The notes under the pieces are model-generated. The model did not search any database and was not told the DNA's origin. It saw only the letters and a program-made list of their open reading frames with translations. Source: the human T2T-CHM13v2.0 reference genome, Homo sapiens. From it: 64,000 nt of DNA. This document shows, piece after piece, positions 13,052 to 25,927 of the stretch. The DNA is taken from the NCBI RefSeq assembly GCF_009914755.1, contig NC_060930.1, one strand, 5' to 3'. Numbering within the stretch: position 1 is the stretch's first letter; the number at the start of each line of letters is the position of its first letter. Both the position numbers and the translations under genes were made by a program.

Positions 13052-15135
13052 CAAATTGAAAGTTTGTGGCAACCCTACATGGAGAAAGTCTGAAGGTATC
13101 ATCTTTTTCAACAGCATGTGCTTGCTTGAGTCTCTGTGTTACATTTTGGTAATTCTCACAATATTTCAAACTTTTCCATTATTATATGTGTTATGGTGAC
13201 CTGTGATTGGTGATTTTTGGTGTTATTATAGTAATTATTTTGGGGTGCCGCAAACAGCACCCATATAAGATGGCAAACTTGATTGTTAAATATTGTGTAT
13301 GTTCTAACTCTTCTATCAATGGGGCGTTCTCCCTTCTCTCTCTTTTCCTTAGGCCTATCTATTCCCTTAGACACAACAATATTAAAATTATGGTAATTAG
13401 TACTCCTATAAAGGCTTCTAAGGGTTCAAGTGAAAGGAAGATGTATTAGTCCATTCTTACACTGCTATAAAGAACTACCTGAGACTGGGTAGTTTATAAA
13501 TAACAGAGGTTTAATTGACTCATAGTTCCACAGGCTGTGCAGGAGGTATGACTGGAGAGGTTTCAGGAAACTTACAATCATGGCCAAAGGGCAAAGGAGA
13601 AGCCATATCTTCACATGGCGATAGGAGAGAGAGAGAAGAGGGAAGTGCTACACACTTTTTAAACAACCAGATCTCATGAGAACTCACTATTACAAGAACA
13701 GTAAGGGGGAGATCCACTCCTATGATCCAGTCACCTCCCACTAAGCCCCTCCATAATACTGGGGATTGTAATTCAACATGAGATTTAGGTGGGGACACAG
13801 AGCCAAACCATATCAGAGTAGTCACACATTTCTCACTTTAAATCAAAAGCTAGAAATGATTAAGCTTAGTGAGGAAGACATGTTGTTGGAGATTGGCCAA
13901 AAGTTAACCCTCTTGTACTAAAAAATTGGCCAAATTGTGAATACAAAAGAAAAAACCTTGAAGGAAGTTAAAAGTGCTAATCCAACAAATATACAAATAT
14001 TAAGAAAGCAAAGCAGCCTTATTGCTGAAATAGAAAAAGTTTTAGTGGACTGGAAAGAAGATCAAACAAGCCACAACATGTCCTTAAGCCAAAGCCTAAT
14101 TCACAGCAAGGCCCTACCTTTCTTTAATTCCATGAAGACTGACAAAGGTGAGTAAGCTGCTGAAGAAAGGCTTGAAGTTAGCAGAGATTGGTTCATAAGG
14201 CTTAAGAAAGGAGGCCGTCTTCATAATATAAAAGTACAAAGTGAAGTAGCTAGTACTGATGGAGAAACTGCAGCAAGTTATCCAGAAGATCTAACTAAGA
14301 TAATTGATGAAGGTGGCTACACTAAATAACAGACTTTCAATGTGGGTGAAACAGTCTTCTATTGGAAGAAGATGCCATCCAGGACTTTTATAGCTAAAGA
14401 TGAGACATCAGTGCCTGATATCAAAGCTTCAAAGGACAGGCTGACTCTCTTTTTAGGGTCTAAGGTAGCTGGTGACTTGAAGTTGAAGCCAATGCTTATT
14501 TACCATTCCAAAAACCCTAGGGCCCTTAAGAGTTATGCTAAATTAACTCTGCATGCATTCTAGAAGTGGAACAATAAAACCTGGATGACAGCAAATCTGT
14601 TTATAACATGGTTCATTGAATATTGTAAGCCCACTGTTGAGATCTGCTACTCAAAAAAAACACATTCCTTTTAAAATACTGCTTGTCATTGAAAATGCAC
14701 CTAATCACCTAAGAGCTCTGATGGAGATGTACAAGGAGATTAATGTTGTCTTCATGTGTGCTAACACAATACCCATTCTGCAGCCCATGGAACAAGAGGT
14801 AATTTCTACTTTCAAGTGTTACTACTCAAAAATGCATCTCATAAGGCTATACCTGCCATAGATAATTATTTCTCTGATGGATCTTGGCAAACTCAATTGA
14901 AAACTTCTGGAAAGTGTTCTGCATTCTAGATGCCATTAAGAACACTTGTGATTCATAGAAGTTCGACATATCAACATTCACAGAAGTTTGGAAGAAGTTG
15001 ATTCCAGTCCTCAGGGATTACTGTGGGTGGATTTCGAGACTTTAGTGGAGAAAGAAACTGCAGATGTGGTGGAAATAGAAAAACAACTAGAATTAGAAGT
15101 AGAGCCTGAAGTTTTGACTGAATTTCTGCAATTTT
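12953..15135 (+). mobile_element. Tigger1 (pogo-like) DNA transposon, 3'-truncated, transposase disrupted, interrupted by an MST LTR
   Basis: 5' end matches Tigger1 (cagatactgtgttt..caaattgaaagtttgtggcaaccct); ORF pieces 13937-14155, 14342-14563 (WKKMPSRTFIA...KDRLTL) and 14616-14861 (FKILL..NAPNH...LQPMEQ.VISTFK) are Tigger transposase fragments. Confidence 0.9.
13442..13815 (-). mobile_element. MaLR solo LTR (MSTA-like) nested in Tigger1
   Basis: tgtattagtccattcttacactgctataaagaactacctgagactggg...ggggacacagagccaaaccatatca; Tigger1 sequence resumes after it. Confidence 0.88.
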
Positions 15136-15139
15136 ATTT

Positions 15140-16500
15140 TATAAAGGAAAGGTAGAAAGTGGTAAGAAGACATATGATAGATTTGGCCCAATTTTGAAGA
15201 TCTGAGAAACGTCGCTGAGGAAGTAAAGTCTGAGCTGGGATTTATGGGTTGTATAGAAACATGCAAAGGGAGCAACTTGTGTGAAGTCCCTATGCTTAGA
15301 AGACTACACAACACTGTGTGGACACAAGGAAGATTGTATTTGCTGAATCACAAATGGCAGGACTTGTAGACTATATCACAGATTTTTGTCGAGGATGTTA
15401 AGTATGTGGTTAAAGATATAAAGAGCAAAGGAAAGTAATTGAAGTTTTTTAAGTAGAAAAGTGGCATAATCTTTGTTTGCATTATTTAAAGATTGCTCTG
15501 AGTATAAAGAGAGTGATATAGAGGCAAATTTCTGTATTGCAAGTAAAAGACAAGAGTTTGGACTTGGTAAGATGGTGGAAGAGTTGGGAGATATGAGTGG
15601 ATCAAGACATATTTGGGGAGAAAAGCTGTAAGACATGATGTGAGTTTGTAATGGGGCATGGTGAAGGAGAAGTCAAGAGTGATCCACCTTTAGAATTATG
15701 GCAGGGAACGGTGTCATACAATGAGATGGAGAAAAAGTCTACTGTGGGATCTCATAGTTTAGAGATGTTTTTGAGACAAAAAAGTGCCAACGGATATCAA
15801 AAAAAAAAAAAAAACAGGCAGATTTACTGATCTCACAGGAGAGAGAAAAGTTGAGCATGGGTAGGGCTACACAGAAAAAGAAGACAGACTGATTGAGACT
15901 AAGCCATGAGAACATTCAATATTTATTTACTGACTAGAAATGGATGAGTTTACAGAGACAGAGTGGGAGAGGCCAGTGAGGTTTAAAAAGAAAAAAGTAG
16001 GAGAGAGTTGCTAATGTAGGGTTTCTTAGAAAGCTGGAAGCCTGGAAAGGTTGGTATTCAAAGAGCATGCATAGAAATTGGTCTTAGAGAGGGGACCAAG
16101 TGGTAACTCTGTTGTATCTGGAGAGAAAATGAGGTTAGTTGAAAATGTTTTGGTGTTTAGAGTAGTGGTAAGTTTAGAAAAATTTCTGTTGGAGTGCCTC
16201 TTTTATCTTTAGGAGCTAGAAGGTTAGGTTATCTGTAGAAAAAAGATGTGGTGGGAGGAGAGGAATGTACAGTTAGAAATGTGAGGAAAATTAGATAGTT
16301 TGTGATGGTCATCTAGGTGTTTAGGAGGGGAAGATAACCAGGGGAACCCAAAGGGATCATTAGGCATTGGTAATAGTACCTTTCTGCCCTCTTGTGTGTG
16401 CTTTCTGCAGTTGTGGTCAACTGCTCATCTGTATGCAAAGAGAAATGGGAAAATGAGTTCATCCAAGACTGATGATTTTCCAAATGGGTGCAATAAAAAG
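15140..16500 (-). mobile_element. L2 LINE, diverged fragments
   Basis: purine-rich sequence resembling antisense L2; boundaries approximate. Confidence 0.45.
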
Positions 16501-17489
16501 TCAGAAACGAAAAAAGGGTTTAGGATATGCATAACACATCAACTCAAAGATTGATATGTTACTAAAATGACAGAAAGACTGATAAATGGCATAAGACTGA
16601 TAAAAGGAGAGAATTGAGGAATTTGGAGAAGATAGAAAAATGATTGAGTCAAAATAGACTAAAAATATTTAATAATTCAAATATATTAATAGAAGTTTAT
16701 TTTTTGTTCACATAATAGTTTGTCATGATAATTCTGATCTCAGTGATTTTAGGATTCTTTAGTTTCTTTTTTGTTAGATTTTTAAAACCATTATGAGAAA
16801 ATAAAAAAGTAATTATGTAATAATAAGGAAATAATATTTTACAGGTTAAGAATACAGTTTTATAAAGTGATTAAAAGCCATAGTTTTCTATTTTAGGTAC
16901 CTCAATAAGTTACCATACTTTGTAGTCATAAACCATTGATATCTCTATATCTATCTATCTATCTATCTATCATCTGTCTATCTAGCTCTGGTTAAAGATA
17001 TTTGCCCTTTAGGAGAGCAGAAAAATAATGCCTCAGTACTGAATTTTAATGTATTTTTACCATATTTTCCATACAAATAAATTTTAAGAAATCCAAGATC
17101 ATAAATTATTATTTAGGGCAATTACAAATTATTTGACATAGTTTTGTTGGGGCCACCATTTGTTTTTCTCCATTTATCTTTTCTTTTTCCTCTGTCTTTT
17201 TGAAAAACAACTGAATGCTAAGCTGAATTTTCATGCTATGTTATGTTTAACCTCTGGCAAATTGATCAATTCAGAGCAGATGTTTTAATTAGAGGTTCTT
17301 AATGCATGGGGAAGTCTAAGACAGTTGAATGAACATTTCTACTATGCTTATTTAGCAAATGCAAATAAATGTGCGATAATTAGTATAGACTTTGCAATAA
17401 CATTTAATTCGGGTGTTAGAATGTCTTTCGATTGCAAAAGGCTTCTCTCCTCCTTGCACTTTTCTTTTTTGGTGGGGTGCACTGGTTTG

Positions 17490-17860
17490 AATAACAGTAG
17501 CCACTACCACAAATAGACTCAAAATATTTAATAATTCAAATATATTAATAGAGGTTTGTTTCTTGTTCACATAATAGTTTAGGATGGGTGCTTTTAGTTG
17601 TTGGGTGACTCTCCTTTATATGGTTTCAGGGCTTTGAAGCTCTTCCCATTTTCTTGATCTATCATCTGTGAGGGTCACATGTTGTGATCTCATCCAGCCT
17701 AGGGACAATGAAGAAGAGCATAAGGAAGCCTTCTTAAATGTGCTTCTTAAAGCCTTAACTCAGAAACAATCCACAACTCCATTCATATTCCTTTGGCTAG
17801 AACTCATTCAATGGCTCCACCCAAATGCAAAGGTGACTGGAAAATGAAAAGATTTGATGG
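17490..17860 (-). mobile_element. Old ERVL/MaLR-type LTR fragment
   Basis: gaggtttgtttcttgttcacataa...cattcatattcctttggctagaactcatt...caaatgcaaaggtgactggaaaatg resemble old MLT1/LTR33-class ends. Confidence 0.45.
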
Positions 17861-18062
17861 GAACATTTTAATGAGTTATATTTTGGAGTAGAATTCCAAA
17901 TTTGCATAAATTTTAAAGGAAAAACCCATTAGAGATTCAAATTTTGAGTTTGTAGAGAGCTACCTTGGTCTGTATCTCTCAGGGTCTCTGAGATTGTATG
18001 TTCTCTCTTTAGAGAGTCTTCACTGAGAAATTTAGAGAATCCCTGCTTTATAAGCTTGAACA

Positions 18063-18180
18063 GCCAGGTGCAATGGTGTGTGTCTGTAGTACCAGCTACT
18101 TAGGAAGCTGAGGCAAAAATCTTGTTTGAGCCTAGGAGTTCATGAACAGACTGGGCAACATAGAGACCTTGTCTCAAAAA
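18063..18180 (+). mobile_element. Free Alu monomer (FLAM-like)
   Basis: single ~120-bp 7SL-derived arm gccaggtgcaatggtg...ctgggcaacatagagaccttgtctcaaaaa. Confidence 0.75.
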
Positions 18181-18426
18181 TATGAATAAAGTAATACATG
18201 CTTTTGATACCAACTATATCCATAATCACGGTAGTAGAACTATCACTAAACAACTGTAGTAGAACTCTCACGAAATACAACCCTCATACTTTTAAAATCC
18301 TCATGAGGTGGGAATTATTATTTCATTTTGCCAGAAATAAGAGACTGAGAGTGTTAAGACAACTCTTCAGGTTATCTGACTTCAAAATTAATGGTCTATG
18401 AATACTGTATCTATATGCGTACACGT

Positions 18427-18433
<7 letters not shown>

Positions 18434-18457
<24 letters not shown>
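18434..18457. repeat. (TG)n microsatellite
   Basis: read directly. Confidence 0.9.
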
Positions 18458-19919
18458 AAAAGGAAAGATACAGTGTCAAGATTCCTCAAAGTCTGGTTGC
18501 CTCTTAGGTTTTCTCAAACAATTGCTCTGTTCCCTCTTTTACTAGAAAATTCTTTAGGATAAAAACAAATGCAGTTTTTTTAATATCTAAAATTATATTC
18601 TTTCTTGCTTTGAACTACATGTTTAATATATAGATTAAAACATTTGCTTAATTTTTCAACAAGAAATTCTTTAAAAACACATAATACATGTCAAGTACCA
18701 TGGCAGGCATTAAGAATACAAATATCAATAGAATAGTGCCTCTGTCCTCAGCATCGAGATAGAGAAGAGGGAGGGAGGGAGGGAGAGAGAGAGAGAGAGA
18801 GAAGAAAGTGCCAATGTCCAATGTCTTAAGTGTGTAGATGGAGATAGGATAGGGATATACATTGAGTAGCGAAGATGTGCATTATCTAGGAAGGCACATA
18901 ATTCCAAATCTGGGGACCAGGGAAGGTTGCCAGGAAAAAATGACACCTACTGTGGAATGTAGTCAGGCAAGTAGAAAGTATTAAGGATATATGAAAACAG
19001 AAAGCTGCTCCAGGAAATATGAGCAGGAAATGCCTAATCTCACAGGGAGATAGAATATGACATATTAAAGGAATCTGAAGGAACTTATGAGTAAGTGTAG
19101 AGCAAGGAGGAATCTAATAAAAAATGATACTAAGAGGTAGCCAAGACAGGGGGCCATTCTTCTATTTAATGATGACTACTTACTGATCTTGGAGCCTATC
19201 CTGGCTTTCTTCCCTGTCTCTGAGTTTTCTTTACATTCTTCCATTGTTTCTATATTAACTTACATGCCTTTGCAGCAACATTGTTTGATTTACAGTGTAA
19301 ATTCTAAGACGTGTTCATGTGACATCTCTTTTCCCCGTATCCTTTGAAATGATGTTCCTGATAAAGAGACCAATATGTCTTTTACGTTTGCAAGCAGTTC
19401 AGTTCAGCATCCTAGTTCTGAGTCATTCTACTTTGAGATAAATCTGAGTTTAGGAACTGTGACCAAAGTAAAGAAAGAGGATTTCAGTAAACTGCAAGGC
19501 AAGTAGTGGAAGCTGAATAACATTTAAAAAGTAAAAGGAATGTTTTCCTGATGCACTTTGGCAAAGATGAGCTCCGGGAAATACATACATAAATTTGCCT
19601 GACCTTGAAGTGCACATAGTCTAATAGTGGAGACAGCTACATGGACAGGTAATATTGTAAATTCATTGGTTTAGAAATGAATGGCATAAAAGTATATAGA
19701 AGCAAAGAGAAGAACCCTACCTGAGCATGTGCAGGTGCTGTAGAGATGGTACAAGTGAAAACTGGAGTAGAAAATGGCCCAGAATTAAAGGCGAACGTGT
19801 TAATTATTCATTTGAGCATCCTCTACTGTGAACTCTTTATTGTTGTTCTTTGTTTATTTTTCTAGTAGAGTGCTAGTTTTTAAAACTTGTTGTGTATGAG
19901 CTCATTATGCATTGAAAGC

Positions 19920-20263
19920 TGTCTTAGTTCCTTCAGACTGCTGTAACAAAAATATCATACACTGGGTGACCTACACAACATTTATTTCTCACAGTGTTGG
20001 AGGATGGAAAGTCTAAGATTGTAGTACCAGCATATTTGGTGTTTGATGAAGGGCCTGCTTTCTTGTTCATAAATGACTGTCTTGCTGTGTCCTCACACAG
20101 GGGAGCTCTCTATGGTGTCCTTTATAGGGGCTAATCCTATTTATGAAGATTCCACCTTCATCAAGTAATCACTCCCAAAGACCCCACCTCCTAATACCAT
20201 TGCAATGGGAGTTAAGATTTCAACATAGGAATTTTGGGGGGACACAAACTTTGAGTCCGTAGA
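19920..20263 (-). mobile_element. MaLR solo LTR (MLT1A-like)
   Basis: tgtcttagtt...ctgctgtaacaaaaatatcatacactggg...ctcccaaagaccccacctcctaatacc...ggggacacaaac. Confidence 0.8.
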
Positions 20264-20379
20264 GAAGAAATATCCCTTTAGAATATTGAGTAAACCCCAT
20301 TATTGTTGGATTTTGTAATTTTATTTCTGATGGTTTTGACCTGTATAATATTTTAACTTTTATTCTAGATTTTTAAAAG

Positions 20380-20592
20380 TTATATATTATACTAAATATT
20401 ATGTTACATATGTTATAATATACAACATATAATATATTATAATGTATTATATATAACATATTATATAATTATATGTTATATATTAAAGTAATTATTAAGT
20501 AATAATCAAATAATAATTTAAATATTAAATAATAGTTATTAAATCATTATATTAATTATTATTATACATTATTAAATTATTATGTAATTATG
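20380..20592. repeat. Extremely AT-rich low-complexity tract
   Basis: ~210 bp almost entirely A/T (tattat/ataat motifs). Confidence 0.85.
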
Positions 20593-23283
20593 TCAAAAGT
20601 ATGCCTGAAAGATATTTGGGCATATGATGTGTGGTGAAGATCTAATTTTTTTCTTCAAACTCTGAACTAAAAGCTTCAATATTGCATAATTAATAATGTA
20701 CCTCTTCCTCACTCTTTTAATGCATTTTATTGCTTATTAAATTCTTATATAAATTTATTAGGGTTTGATTCTAGGGTGTCTTGTTCAACATGCTCACTTT
20801 TATAATTCAATGTATTCCACTTAGTTTTACTACCAGGTATTGCACGCATTGCTTCATTGCTCTCATTTTTCTCAATATTTATGTAGTTATTTTCTTGTTT
20901 ATTTTTCCAAGTGAGATTAAAAAACAAAACAAAAACCTCAGAACAACTTAAATTGAATTTTTTTAACTAATAAAGAGATAATATAGGTATTTTTACTTTT
21001 TAAAAACTACTATTAAGTACCGTGCATTTTGTTTTCTTCAGATAAATGCTATATTTCAGAGATTCTTACATTGAAATTTTGAAGGCTTGTACATTTTTTA
21101 TTACACATTTGAAGGCTACATGTAGATATTTATGATATACAATATATGAAATATATTCAGATATATTTTTAAATAATGTTTACTGTTTTCTGATCATAAA
21201 AGTAATAACGTAGATATTTGACAGTTTTGAATCGAACATTCCTGGTTTTTATGACTTGCAAAGTAGCCCTAGAATTCAAGAGTTATTTCAATATGTAATG
21301 TTTGTAAGAAAATTTGAAACATGAGCTGTAAGGCTGGTGTTTGAAAATAAGTCACTTATGCTTGCTCCTCATGAGCTTACTCATCTCCATATGCAGTAAT
21401 TCTCACACGATTTTTAGAAAATCACTTTTTGCTTGTAAAAAGATGACATTCAGTGATAGTGAAAATTAGTATAATTTAGAAAAGAAAAGAACTTTGGTCT
21501 ATTGATATGGAAAGAAATACACTATTATACACATTAAAACAACTCAAAAGAAATCCAAAAGCTTTGTTTCATGCTTACTAAATTGTTTGGAACTTTTAGA
21601 ATGCAAGAGCACACATATATATGATAATCTCTATATGTATACTATATAAATAAATTTTAAAACTTAAAAATATAATCCAGGAGTTTTGAGCTAAAACATT
21701 AGAATCTTGTTATTAAGGTACATTTTAAAATTATACATTTCATGTTTAGGAATATTTTTGGCTGTATTAGGACTAGGAGCATGGCGTTGAGTTAGTGTAT
21801 GGGAAGCAGTTAGAACAGCATTAAATAATTGAAGCACTATACACAGAGTTAGCAACAACTGTTACTATTTTAAATATCATCATTATAATTACTGCCATTA
21901 TGATATTAATAAAGCCAACTCATCAATCCTTATGATTTAATTTTCTAGAAACACATAAATTTAATCTGAGTTGAAAATTAGATTAAGTAAATGATTATAG
22001 GGTTAAACCATTGAGGAAATAAATTAATACTACCCCAAATAGCTTTAGGTCCAGATAGTTTAATCTGAATTTTTTCAATGAAAAGTTACCTTATAATTAC
22101 CTCCAGAAGATTTTAAATTACTGAAGATTATCAGAAAACTAAAAAGAAATGGCCAAACAGGGAAGAGGAAAACAATGAGGAGTTGATGTCACACAGACCT
22201 AGAGGAAAGAGAGTTCTAAGAAGGCAGGAATGGCCTGTAGTGTGGAATGTTGCTGAGATGTCAAATAAAACCAGGACTAAAAAAATGCCCAGTGAAGTCT
22301 GAAGAAAAAGAAATAAATAAATGACAGTTGGTTCTTCTTGCTGAATCTTTGAATTCGTGTCTGCTGTTATAATTGCATGCTCAAATGTCATTACAATATT
22401 ATTTTATGCCCACCTTAAGTCCTGACAAATATGATTTCTTTTATGTGAGTTTACTTGGCATTAATATATTTCTATATTGTGGGTGTATTAAAGGTGGTGA
22501 AAAGAAAAGATTACATGAAGGCTAAGAAAATCCTTTGGCTGTTATGTTGAATGACTTCCAAAAATATTTGAACCTTACTACAAAGTGAAAAAAATGCAAC
22601 CAATATAAATTATAAATTATGAAATATATAATATGAAATAGAAATTATTTCATTTATTTATATACTCTCAAGTTTATTCTTAATTCAAACTTTCAACAAA
22701 TTTTATTGAGTGATGGTTGTGTACCAGGCATCCTGCTAGTGCTGGAGATATGGAGATGAATAACATGGAGAGCCTTGGTAAATAAAATAAAGTAAATTAT
22801 GACCCTTGGATTTGTTGCAGCCATCAATTAGTCACTCAAGGAAGCCACTGAGAGGTCCCACAGGACTGTTGGGATCTTTTGAGCTGAACTCACTGTCGGA
22901 AGAGTAGAGGTGCAGAGGGCCCTGGGGATGTTGAAACTGATAGATGGGCTTTATTTTTTTTCTGTTTTCAGTGCTGATTGAATCATGTTGCCTTGTCTGT
23001 CAGTACTGAATCAACTTGACAGAACAGTTTGTGTTCCATTTGTTTTGTCTTGTTTGACACTGGTCCTTCATTGATTCATCATCTCAAACACTGATCAGGT
23101 CTGTTCCACTCCGTAAGTGCTATTGCTATGAACTGACCTATTACAAAACAAAGCAAGACAAGGCAAATAACAACAGTAAGAAGGAAAAGCTTTCTTTTTA
23201 TTCAGGCAAAGACATTGTAGGAATGTTGTTTTTAAAAGAATTCTTAGAAAGCTATCTTTACATTCCAAAAAAATGTCACTTAC

Positions 23284-23290
<7 letters not shown>

Positions 23291-23320
<30 letters not shown>
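23291..23320. repeat. (GT)15 microsatellite
   Basis: read directly. Confidence 0.95.
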
Positions 23321-23321
<1 letters not shown>

Positions 23322-23399
23322 AGAGAGAGAGAAAGAACTTTTTGACTTGAGGTCAAGTGTAGGACTAGTCTTGATTGTGAAGGAATGCTTTATAGCATA

Positions 23400-23565
23400 A
23401 AGAACGAGGATACTGGGGTCAAGCTTAGATTCAAATGCTAGTTCTGTCCTCGCTGGGTGATCTCAGGCAGGTCGTATGATCTCTCTACATCATGGTTTTC
23501 TCATCTATTCCACTGGGATAATAAGTTTCCCTCTGTCTTATTGTGAGGATTAAATGAGATATGTG
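23400..23565 (+). mobile_element. MIR SINE
   Basis: MIR core: ctgggtgatctcaggcagg...ggttttctcatct...ttgtgaggattaaatgagat. Confidence 0.7.
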
Positions 23566-24144
23566 TCTGCTCCCTTATGCTCACTTTATACTTTCTTTAG
23601 TTTTTAAAATTCAAACGTTCTTTAACTTTTTTATTACTCTGAATGTATTTTCAGAATTAAAAAAATAGAATTTAGAATGATTCTAATTATGATATTAATG
23701 AGTATTTATCTATAATGTGATATAATTTTACATTTATTTTTAAAATTTATTATTTATTTATTTAATTTTGACCTACCTTACCTTGATTTCACAGGTAGAT
23801 GAATAAAGGTAGTAAGGAAAAGAGAAATGTAATGACAGGAAGAAACAATTTCTTTGGTAAATGCGATAAAATTTTTTATGATCTTAGATAATGTGATTCT
23901 ATTTGTTTAAGAAAGACACATAAGTGGTAGGAATTTGGTCATTTACACTTAACCTCTATTGGATTGCATTAAATCACTGTGGTAGAAAACAAAACTTTTT
24001 TAGTTGGGAAATACCAAGGACAGATGCAGTGCATGAACAATTGTTCAATTAGGGAAGGTGATTACAGTCAGTTCCTTAAATTTATAGAGATCTGGGAGCA
24101 ATGGATTATACAAAGTTTGAGATTATGCTTTAGCAGGTTTATAA

Positions 24145-24526
<382 letters not shown>

Positions 24527-24902
24527 TAAAATGTTATTAGCCCCTGGTACAGTGCTACCTTCCAAAGTTAGCTTAATACTTTTTGGTGATTTTATTTTAT
24601 AATTGAATACCTCTGTCATAGGTGTTGCTCTCAAATTATCAAATATAATAGAATTCACATAGTGATTTAGAAAGTTTATGTTTGTGAATTTCCAGAGATT
24701 TGGGGGTGAAGGGAGAGGACATCAGGGCTAAGCTATAAGGTGGCTTCTGACTTCTGTCAACTGAAATATGGATTGGTTGTCCCATGAAAAAGAGAGCACT
24801 TGCTGGGTTATTACTATACATCTGTATATGCATGTGATATGAGATTACCATTGCAGAATCTAGGGTTAGGATTTTATCCGATCCTCCAAGAATATTATAT
24901 AA

Positions 24903-24947
<45 letters not shown>

Positions 24948-24952
24948 TATAC
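24903..24952. repeat. (TA)n(CA)n compound microsatellite
   Basis: read directly. Confidence 0.9.
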
Positions 24953-25769
24953 ATGACAATTCTGATAATGAATGAACCAAGAGTTTTGTTAAAAGGCATA
25001 TGTTGCTATGGCAATTTGCAATGTCTTCTCTGCACAGAAATATCTAGGATATTACTGATTACTTCAATAAGACCAAAGAGAAAGTCAGCCCAAGTCTGAG
25101 CCACAATAAAAAGGAAAGGGCTACAGAAAAAACAAATTTTGCACATGATTAATGAGTACTAGCTGTGGCATTAAGTGACAACTTTGATTTATTTTGATCC
25201 TTAAGATAAATGCATTAAATATTACTCTTCTCCATTCCCATCAATGTAACAATTGTGTTCATTACATTTCTTGATATAAATGAGACTTGGATGTGATAAA
25301 TGCAACCCTGGTTAGAATATTGGTATAATGACCCAACTGTTTCCCCTACCTCCAACCCCACACTTTTCCATTTATTAATATATCTTGTTCACCATCACTA
25401 GTTTGATCTTCCTATGGCTGCCTACAATCCCTCTCTCTTCCAAAACTTTCACGATTTCTCTGTGAATGCATGAAGGCCACCTCCTTACATTATTTGATGC
25501 TCTTCTCTCTCAGATACGCATTCATTTCCCCTGGCATCTTCTACAGATTATCGAAGGCCTATTATGCCTTTCCTCTTCACCACAGCTAGAAATGATTCTA
25601 CTCTTTTTCTGCCTTTTTCTAGTTCTAATTTTTATTGCTTGTGTTATTATCTGCTTCTAAGACACTAGTGATAATTTAGCCACTTAAGCATATAATCTTG
25701 AAATGCTATTTAACCTTTTGGGCCTCAGTCCCTTTATCTATGAAATATATAAAATGAATTAGAGTCTGA

Positions 25770-25927
25770 TTGGTTTTGTGGGCCATGGGGTCTTGGCTAC
25801 TCAATTCTACCATTAGCTGACATGGACGATATGCAAATAAATGAGCACGAATATTCCATAAAATTTTATTAACAAAAACAGGCATCCCAGGCTAGATTTT
25901 GCCTGTAAACCATAGCTGGCCAACCCT
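25770..25927. mobile_element. MER58A-like hAT element, adjoining a MIR fragment
   Basis: ttttgtgggccat...tactcaattcta...ttccataaaattttatt.acaaaaacaggc...tagctggccaaccct. Confidence 0.65.

Noticed and set aside
13937-14861. Transposase ORFs as a domesticated TIGD-like gene
   Set aside because: Broken by several stops and frameshifts; an ordinary decayed Tigger1
17500-22400. Possible antisense lncRNA exons inside the long intron
   Set aside because: Scattered minus-strand splice-like motifs only; no exon chain can be supported from sequence alone
23770-23800. Recursive splice site (ccttgatttcacag|gtagat) in the 26-kb intron
   Set aside because: The reconstituted donor GTAGAT is weak and the intron is short compared with known recursively spliced introns; not supportable without data
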